Positions 52,790-64,000 of a DNA stretch of 64,000 bases are shown here, piece after piece. The notes beneath the pieces were generated by a model. That model was not told the origin of the DNA. It searched no databases and was given only the letters and a program-made list of their open reading frames with translations. This DNA comes from Octopus vulgaris (taxonomy: Eukaryota): positions 48,794,001-48,858,000 of the forward strand of contig OX597821.1 of assembly GCA_951406725.2 (NCBI GenBank), written 5' to 3'. Each line of letters starts with the position of its first letter. Within the stretch, counting starts at the first letter, position 1. The translations under genes and the position numbers were made by a program.

Positions 52790-54695
52790 ATATAAATAAA
52801 AATTACTATCGGCAAGCTTAGAAGTAGAGATAAATAGATGTCAGGGAAATTACAACCAACAAAATAAGAAAGTTAAAAAACAATTAAGAAGAGACAAGCG
52901 AAAATATTTCGAAAATTTAGCAACAACAGCAGAAAGTGGAGCTCAGCGCCAGAACATGAAAGCGCTATACAACACAACTAAATTACTATCGGAGAAGAGA
53001 GTAAGAGTATAAAAGGCAGTAAAAGGGAAAGATGGTCGGATGCTAACATCAATCGTAGAACAAAAAAATCGACAGAAGGAGCATTTTGAAGATTTGCTCA
53101 ATAGACTACCTCCAGACACAATATCCAACATTGTGCCAAGAAATTTGGATCTTAACATCAGCCTTGACCCACCGTTTAAGTTTGAAATAAGAAAGGCTAT
53201 ATAAATCCCTCAAGAATGGGAAAGCGGGAGGTGTAGACAACATTCCAGCTGAAGCAATGAAATCAGCTAGAGAAATAGCAGTAGAAATGTTTCATCCATT
53301 ATTTTCTAAGATATGGCAGGAAGAAAATGTGCCTAATGATTGGAAAGAGGGACTCATCGTAAAATTGCCAAAAAAAGGTGATTTAAGCGTTTGCGGAAAT
53401 TATAGAGGGATTATGCTATTATCGACTCCCGGAACAGATTTTAACAGGATACTTTTAGAGCGGATGAGGACAGAAGTTGACAAATTGTTGCATAAAGAAC
53501 AAGCCGGATTTAGGAAGAACCGTTCATGTGTAGATAAATCGTCACTCTTTGCGTCATCGTAGAGCAAAGCGCAGAGTGGAATGCACCGCTTTATATTAAC
53601 TTTATTGATTTCAAAAAAGCATTTAAGTGTAGATAGGGAAGGCTTCTGGAAAATTATGCAGCACTATGGCATACCAGATAAGTACATACCTATAATAAGA
53701 GCAACTTACCAAGGAATGTCATGCCGAGTCTTGCATGTAAACGGAGCTACGGATAAATTCGAAGTAAAAAACAGGAGTTCGACAGGGCTGTATACTTTCC
53801 CCCTTTTTATTTCTACTAGTAATAGATTAGATTATGAAGGAAACTACGATTGAAAGCAAACAGGCATTGAATGGACGGATGCAGAAGCTCTAGAAGATCT
53901 CGACTTTGCAGATGATATAGCGCTACTTTCACAAACATATAGCCAAATGCAAAATATAACATCAAAATTAGAAGCAATAGCTGCCAAACTAGGATTGAAA
54001 GTCAACCGCGACAAATCAAAAATTATGCACATTAATGAAGAAAACAGCGAACGTATTAAACTAGAAACCGGTGAACTAGAGGATGTAGCCGAGTTTACGT
54101 ATTTAGGTAGTAAGATAACGTTTTCAGACGGCACCGACGAAGATATTAAGACGAGAATAAGTAAGGCAAGGACCGCTTTTCACCTGTTAAAAAAAAGTAT
54201 GGAGCACAAGTGTAATTTCAATAAAGAACAAAATAAAAATTTTTAACACTAGCGTAAAAGCGGTTTTATTGTATGGGGCTGAGACATGGCGAACAACAGT
54301 TAAGTCAAATAAGCAAATACAATCATTCATCAACAGACGCTTGCGTAGTATACTTAAAATTAGATGGCCCGAACACATAAGCAATATGGAGCTATGGCAA
54401 AAAACAAATGAAGTTTCGATTAGGGAGCAAATATTTAAGAAAAGGTGGAAGTGGATTGGTAGCTCAATTAGAAAAGACACACCAAATGTAACGAAAAGTG
54501 CTTTACAGTGGAAACCGGATGGATATAGGAAGAAAGGTAGGCCTAAGAACTCGAGGCAGAGATCAACACAAAAGGAACTAGAGAAAGGGGGACATTCATG
54601 GCAGAGTATAACTACAGAAGCGAAAAATTATGCGACATGGCCACTTATAATTGTATAAGTGGCCTATACTCCGCGTTGGAGAGTAAAAGGCAGAA
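52790..54695 (+). mobile_element. RTE-clade LINE, RT domain to 3' end, frameshifted
   Basis: PKKGDLS.CGNYRGI, EQAGFR, FIDFKKAF, GVRQGC, LDFADDIALL, FTYLGS, LYGAETW, RWKWIG. Confidence 0.92.
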
Positions 54696-55244
54696 AAAAA
54701 ATAAAGCTGTATCCTTTAATTTGCTGCTTTTCTTTACACGAACTGAGAAGATGAACTCTAGCATCCGAAGAGAAACATCTGCACCGTCGGATGCTCCCGA
54801 ACCAGTTATTAATTCTCCCACCCGTAAGGGATCGATGCTAGATGGGTTGAAATAACTGTAGCGATTAATAAAAAGTCTCGTATCTTTCATCTCCCGTCTC
54901 TCATTAACCAAATACATAACGAACACTTAAAAGTGACCGTGCTTTACCAGTAAGCTATCAGGTATCTGTTTCTCTCCCACTCTCCTTTTCCCTGTATGCC
55001 TCACAAAATATACGCTTTTAAGCCAATAGATTTACTGAAATGTAAGCAACTCCATTTGTTTAGATGAAGCCTTTCTAACAGTTGTATCAACAAAACTGCA
55101 GAAAATTCTTTTATTCGCAGATTTTCTCTCCGAACAATCTTTTTTCTTATTTTTCTCTTTCTTTATTTCTATTTTTAATTCATTCGTTTACTTATATCTT
55201 AATATATCGGTTTTCTTTCTTTTTAGATATGCTTATACAAGATA

Positions 55245-55366
55245 TGTCTGCATGTATGTATGTATGTATGTATGTATGTATGTATGTATGTATGTATGCA
55301 TGCATGTATGTATGTGTGTATGCATGTATGCATTTATATATATGTATGTGTGCATTTATATATATG

Positions 55367-55411
<45 letters not shown>

Positions 55412-55520
55412 ATATATATATGTGCATGAGTATATGTATATAAATAGGCATGTATATATATGTATGTATGCAAGCATGTATATATATATATATATATATA
55501 TATGATGATGATGATGATGC
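55245..55520. repeat. (TATG)n/(TA)n/(GAT)n compound microsatellite
   Basis: Seen directly. Confidence 0.95.
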
Positions 55521-55639
55521 CGATGATCGCTTCCGTCGATTTCGACGTATAAATGTTTGAAGGAGGAGATTTAAAGGTAAAGAGAGCAATAGAGAAAAAA
55601 GAAGAAAGGGAAATGAGGAAATAACTTTTCAAAGAAAGA

Positions 55640-56072
55640 AAAAAACTGAGAATCTGCACCTGGAACCAAACAAGGATGTGTTTTAGTCCCTGTAATTTTT
55701 TCCAATGTTTTCATGGATTACCATGGTGATGTAAAATTCCAGTTTTGCACAGAAGGTCTGCTAAACCTGAAAAGGCTAACTTTCAGATCAAATAAGAAGA
55801 CCAAGAAAGAGATTCTACGTGACTTTTTGTTTGCTGATAATTGTGCTTTGAAGAAATTCAGGAAACGGCCGACTGGTTTGCTGTGGCGACTCATACATTT
55901 GGACTGACTATCAGCATCGAGAAGACTGAAGCTGTATTCCATTCAAATCCTGGAACAGGACATACTCAAGATTCAAACGGGATGATAGACAACAGGCTAC
56001 TCAAATGGGTCAGGTCATTTAAATATCTTGGAAGAACAGTAAAATTCAAGGGTCCTCTTAATGACGAAATCA
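55640..56072 (+). mobile_element. RTE (BovB-like) RT fragment
   Basis: LLNLKRL...RDFLFADNCAL; FGLTISIEKTE...FKYLG. Confidence 0.8.
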
Positions 56073-56079
56073 AGGAAAG

Positions 56080-56245
56080 AGAGAGAGAAAGCTGTGGCGA
56101 AAGAGTCAGCAGAAGTTCGCTATTTCCTTCTGCCGGAGCCGCGTGGAACTTAGGCGTTTCGCTCATAAACACACACATCGCCCGGTCTGAGATTCGAACC
56201 CGCGATCCCTCGACCGCGAATCCGCTGCTCTAACTACTAGGCCAT
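56080..56245 (-). mobile_element. tRNA-derived SINE
   Basis: Minus strand TGGCCTAGTAGTTAGAGC...GGTTCGAATC; relative at ~63200-63335. Confidence 0.7.
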
Positions 56246-56254
56246 ATATATATA

Positions 56255-58892
<2,638 letters not shown>

Positions 58893-58967
58893 TATATATA
58901 TATATATGTGTGTAGCGTTTGTAAGAGTCTGGATTGAATTGATATATTGGTTCCATTCTAACAAAAA

Positions 58968-59005
58968 CTGTCTGATGAACGGCAACGAGAAACTCAGAGT
59001 AACAG
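58968..59005 (+). ncRNA. Minimal type I hammerhead ribozyme
   Basis: CTGT-CTGATGA-ACG gcaa CGA-GAAA-CT cag AGTA-ACAG. Confidence 0.7.
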
Positions 59006-59038
59006 ATTTTGTTGAATTTTCTGCTGCTTTATATAAAG

Positions 59039-59092
<54 letters not shown>

Positions 59093-59122
59093 GAGAGAGA
59101 GATAGAAAGATATATATATTCT

Positions 59123-59176
<54 letters not shown>

Positions 59177-59188
59177 AATATATATATA

Positions 59189-59566
59189 CACTACCGTCAG
59201 AAATTAATTAGCACCCTTGATTTGCTCTTCACTCAAGGTATGTGCTGTCACCTAGTGGCCATATCTCGAACTATTGCTTTGTTGCGAGTTCACTGTTGCG
59301 CAGAACGATGACGTAACTTTGTTTGCAGAGCAGTTTGAGAGTCTACAGCCTTATGATGTTGACATAGCAGTGCAACAACAACTTGGAGTGCGGATGCAGA
59401 CAAATTCCTTTGTTTAATAGATATAGGTAGCGCCTCGCAAGGACCGAAATCACACCATGCTAAGTTTTCTCATCGCGTAAGACGTTTTGAACAGCTCATA
59501 GGTTAATTGATTTAACCTATTTAATGTAGAAATTTGAGAAGTACTAATTAATTTCTGACGCAAGTG
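59189..59566. mobile_element. Tc1/mariner-type MITE
   Basis: TA|CACTACCGTCAGAAATTAATTAG...CTAATTAATTTCTGACGCAAGTG|TA. Confidence 0.8.
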
Positions 59567-59740
59567 TATATATATATATAAATGTATGTGTATTTTTTCA
59601 ATGTTTACAAATAACACGGAAAAATAAATAAATAGTTACCAGGGTAGCAAAAATTCACACAAGTACCAAGGATGTAACAGCCGACTTATAAAGGTAGAAA
59701 TTCCAGGTTTTGGTGAAATGTTTTTGTATCACATAAATAA

Positions 59741-60794
59741 ATAAATGGAGTTAAATGCAGGTGTTATTCAAATCTTTTTACTTCCGTCATATTTTTCGAA
59801 GAAAACATTGGTATTATTCCAGAAGGTATAGAATGATGTAAAACAATGCAATCTTCTCATCAGGTAAAGAAAGATACCAAACACATCAGCAAGGCATTTT
59901 AACAGAATGTGATAACTGCGTATATGATGAAGGGAACGCTAGAAAGTTTCTTTTTAAAAAAAAACCGTTAATAGATATAACGTCAAAGGCAGTTTATAGA
60001 AAGAGAATTAGGAGAAAGAAATAAATTAGCAGAAAACTAATAGTGGAGAGATATAGTGCGATAGGTTAATAGGGATACATCTTAAAAGCTTGAGAGTAGA
60101 TATATTTAGTGGAAGTGAGATATAAGAAGACAGTTAAAAGTCAAATTTTATAGAATGGTAGAAAACACTTATAGGAACTAAAGATATGTTTTTCCAATGT
60201 TTGCAATGATAAACGCGTTCTTTAAATGTGTTTACAAGAAGATTCTCTGAGAACAGGATGAAATACATTTCATTGTTACAAAGCGGATAGAAAGACTTAC
60301 CTTTATCATATGGAAATGATTTAGATAGAATATTCCATTCCAAATCAAATTGTATATAATGATCCTTTAGATACCAAATTAATTTACTAAGCCCAGTATT
60401 GTTACGTTTATTGATATGTCTAAATGTAGAGTAATGATTAGAAATTCTTTTGGACAACTGAGATGAAGAACTACCTATATAAAAAAATACGTCAGAATCG
60501 GAAGTAATTTTACATTGATAAATAGTTTCTAGTCTTAGAATTACTGCTAAGGAAACGAATGCGATTGGAATCCACATCAGAAACACTAACATCGCTGTTA
60601 TTATTATTTAAAGAATGGTTACTGTTAACAATATCAATGTTACTATTTTCATTAAGTAGATTTGTATTTCTTTCCCTGATAAGAAGATTGCAGTTTTACA
60701 TCATTTTATTACTTCTGGAATAATACCAATGTTTTCTTCGAAACATGTCGGAAGTAAAAAGATTTGAGCAACACCTGCGTTTAACTTCATTTAT
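59741..60794 (-). mobile_element. 5'-truncated Penelope-like element (Naiad-type GIY-YIG) with inverted pseudo-LTRs
   Basis: ORF 60134-60592 TIYQCKI...YIGSS...KRISNH..TF...NTGLSKLIWYLK...WNIL...LC; 59741-59875 is inverted at 60665-60794. Confidence 0.8.
60671..60754 (+). ncRNA. Hammerhead-like motif with long stem II loop (second copy 59781-59869, minus strand)
   Basis: TTCC-CTGATAA-GAAGA [47 nt] TCTTC-GAAA-CATGTC-GGAA; the minus copy retains CTGATGA. Confidence 0.65.
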
Positions 60795-61336
60795 ATACAT
60801 CATACATACATACATACATACATACATACATACATACATGCATGCATACACAGACACATACATATACACACACACATATATCGGGAGAGAATTCACAAAA
60901 AATACTAAAGACGAAGACAGGTGGTGGGTTTAGACAACAAACAGATGTATTAGTATAACACTCTAACACTCGGGAAGTGAAAAAGTCTTGAACGTTTCGA
61001 ACCTACGCTCTTCCACAGAAAGGAACACAGAAAGAAACAAGGAGAGAAAATAAAGAATGTGTAGTGGCTAGCTATATATCATGGCCGCTTAGGTATTGCG
61101 TGGCTAATAACCTGGTGTAGAACTCAATATATCTATTCTTCAGAACTAAGTGTTAGACAAGTATAGAGCAGTAATAAGAAAATGAGATGTCGGGGGGGCG
61201 GGGGCGGGGAACGATTGTTTTATGAACTTCATCAGCTTATAGCTGTTTCTGCAATATAATGCAATAAACTCAAAGTTGAGTGCCTGAATAACACTTTATA
61301 GATTCATTTGAGCCTCGAATATGAAGTCCAGTTGTG

Positions 61337-61808
61337 TGTTTATCGTCAGTTAAACATGACTGTTCCATCGGAACCGCCGTTACTGCTATTTTTAACTCCA
61401 GGAGGATGCCTCCTCCAGCTGATTATTCGATGCAATTTGTATCCGATATATATTTAAAGCAGGGGAGTGAATACCTACCACTTGTGGTTATCCTCGGTGG
61501 TGGAGGGTCGTCCGCTAGAGAGAGAGCAATAGCTTACTCCAGCTCGCAATATATAGAAAAATAGTGACACACAGTCACTGATTTGGCAACAACAAATTAG
61601 CTAGTTGCAAAATCTCCAAAAAGAGGTCGAAGTTGTACAGTCTGGTGATCTCGTGGCTAGAAGATAGTAGGGGTTCACTCCACTGCTTGCAATATTTATC
61701 GGATGCAGATTACATCAAATAACGAGCTGGAGAAGGCGTCCTCTTGGCGTTACAAATAGCAGTAATGTCGGTTTCCACGGAAAAGCCATGTTTAAGTGGC
61801 GACAAACA
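61337..61808. mobile_element. MITE-like element with ~55-bp imperfect TIRs
   Basis: TGTTTATCGTCAGTTAAACATG...TTACTGCTATTT versus AAATAGCAGTAA...CATGTTTAAGTGGCGACAAACA. Confidence 0.7.
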
Positions 61809-61925
61809 TTACTTCTCAGTATAGTTACTGCTTTCATCATATAGAGATTTTCTAACTAGCTAATTTGCTTGTCACACACACACATACATACATACATACA
61901 CACATACACACACACACACACACAC

Positions 61926-61979
<54 letters not shown>

Positions 61980-61981
<2 letters not shown>

Positions 61982-63015
61982 TAGCAGTATCGCCCGGCGT
62001 TGCTCGGGTTGTAAGGGAAATAACTATATAAGCATTTTTAGAGAGTTATAGCCAAAAAATAGCAAAAAAATGCATTAAAAATTGAAAAAAAATTAAGGTA
62101 AATTTTCTTTTAAATCGTTGACACATCGTAGATATTTTTAGAGAGTTACTTCCCTTATATAAAAGCAAAAAAAATGCATTAAAATGGAAAAATATGATGG
62201 TAAATTTTTTTAAAATCGTAGACTCATCGTAGACGCGCACTAATACCCAGAAGGGCTCGTTTGTTATTCTGGGTAACTTTCTGTAAAATTATTAAAATTT
62301 TGTTCAAACATCGCTATAGAAAATGGGTTATTAGCTAATATTCAATTGGGTATACAACAAAATTTTACGATAGAATTTGTTATTCTGGGTAACTTTCTGA
62401 TACCCATAATAATATTTACGGCAAAATAGTCTTAATTTCATTTAAGGTTGTGGGAAATAACAAACTATCCTTTCTTTCGGTTTGTTTACGTTTAGCGTAA
62501 CGTTTCGTTTCTGCCGTAATGATTTCAAATAGGCTCATTCGAAAAAGTAAATAGAAATAGTCTAAGGCTTTACTCTTCAGGGAAAGTCTGTGGCTTGGTC
62601 CAGTTTCTTCAGAAAACTCACCGAAAGAAACAGTTTTTAAATTTTCACTCCATTCAGGTGCCAATTCGTTTTCTTTATCGCTGTCGGATTCACTGTTTTC
62701 ACTTTAATAGCTGCAAACTTGCAAAGGAGGAGAAGGGTGATAGCGTCAGTGAAACAGTTCGCTCCCTTTGTGTGTGTGTGCGTTTGCGTGTGGTGTAAAC
62801 CACATTAAGAAAAACATTTGACATACACACCAGAATGTGAGTTTTCTGTAAATTTTGCTTAATTGGAGTTTAAATTTTAAAAACTGGACCTGGCATGACG
62901 CGATGCATTCTACTCTTAAAATTGCTAGGTAAATTGTAATTGAAGAAATGCTATATTGTAGATTTCTATAACTCCCAAAGGGAGGCAGATAAAATCTGCC
63001 TTTTATAATAAGAGA
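61980..63015 (+). mobile_element. Helitron-like element containing a piggyBac transposase fragment
   Basis: Same 5' end as 49536; terminal hairpin GGCAGAT-AAA-ATCTGCC; internal minus ORF 62416-62664 FSEETGP...ALDYFYLLF...IITAETKRYA...TTLNEIK. Confidence 0.55.
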
Positions 63016-63332
63016 TATATATATAAGAAATTGAAAACGGAAAATACGCACAATTACATAGTTTTAATATAATTTTTAATATATCGACCGGTTTCGCTAT
63101 TCATGATATTATGTTTTACTTATTTGAATATGTAATTTTTTCTTAAGAAGAAATGTTGACGATGTTGTGTGTGTGATTCACTCGTGAATTTCATCGCATT
63201 GTTTTAGCCTTCAAATGACGCCACCCCCGCCGGAGCCTCGTGGCGCTTTAGTTGTTTTCGCTCAATAAACACTCACAATGCCCGGTCTGGGAATCGAAAC
63301 CGCGAGTCACCGCGATTCACTGGGCCATTGCG

Positions 63333-63366
<34 letters not shown>

Positions 63367-64000
63367 CCATATACAGCTCGTGAGCTGAAACTATATAAAA
63401 AAAATATATATATATTTATAACATACAAAATGGGACAAGAACGCAAAACATCCGGACAGTTTGGTGATACAAAAAGGGACAATAAAATAGCCAGATAGAC
63501 GATATAAAGAAAACAAGGACGGGGCATTCGAAGTTTTCTTTCCTCAGTCAAGTACCAGATTATCCTCACAATTTCGGCTGATTATACTTGAGATTGCTCC
63601 AATCTGGCCAGCCCCATGGAAAAACTAAGCTGAAAGCATTAGATTCCTTGGAAGAAAGCAGCGAATGTATAAAAAAACAAGGATGAAAAAAACGGACAAT
63701 AGTACACAAATACAATAAATAACAACAGGACATAACAACAGGTGTCTTTCTACTAAAGACGAATTAAATTAAGCTGGCATGTGTGGAACTGAAGTCTTCC
63801 GGCAGGGATAGGAGATTTCACAAACACAAAGAGGATTATTGATGTTGCACGGACAACGGTCAGACCAAGAAAGAAAGAACAGTCTTGGCCGAACGCCGGT
63901 CACGTGGGAAGAGAAGAACGAGAAGTAGAAGCAGAGGGACAGAAAAATTAAGGAGGGGCGAGAAAAAATGACTGGGACACAGGGAAGTGAAATGTGAGAG

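Noticed and set aside
63515-63555. Minus-strand CTGAGGA-AAG aaaa CTTC-GAAT
   Set aside because: GAAA box altered and stems I and III unsupported.

Overview
AT-rich, microsatellite-dense eukaryotic DNA. The SINE/LINE complement looks cephalopod, probably Octopus (inference). One host gene is present: COP9 signalosome subunit 2 (CSN2/COPS2), + strand, 12 coding exons from 20262 to 42066 that splice in frame to 426 aa plus a stop. The first coding exon (~18 aa in human) was not found and probably lies upstream of the window. The rest is decayed mobile DNA: Tx1/L1, RTE, R4/Dong and Penelope-like retroelements, MULE, mariner, Tc1, hAT, piggyBac with its MITEs, Helitron-like elements and tRNA-derived SINEs. 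The most striking unannotated signal is a set of minimal type I hammerhead ribozyme (HHR) motifs. One lies in a 350-nt-period direct repeat in a CSN2 intron and has the architecture of a non-LTR retrozyme. Others sit at Penelope-like ends, including an inverted pair with a long stem II loop and a recurring motif that appears to lack stem II. All calls were made by eye. Transposon boundaries are approximate, and reference-protein comparisons are from memory.
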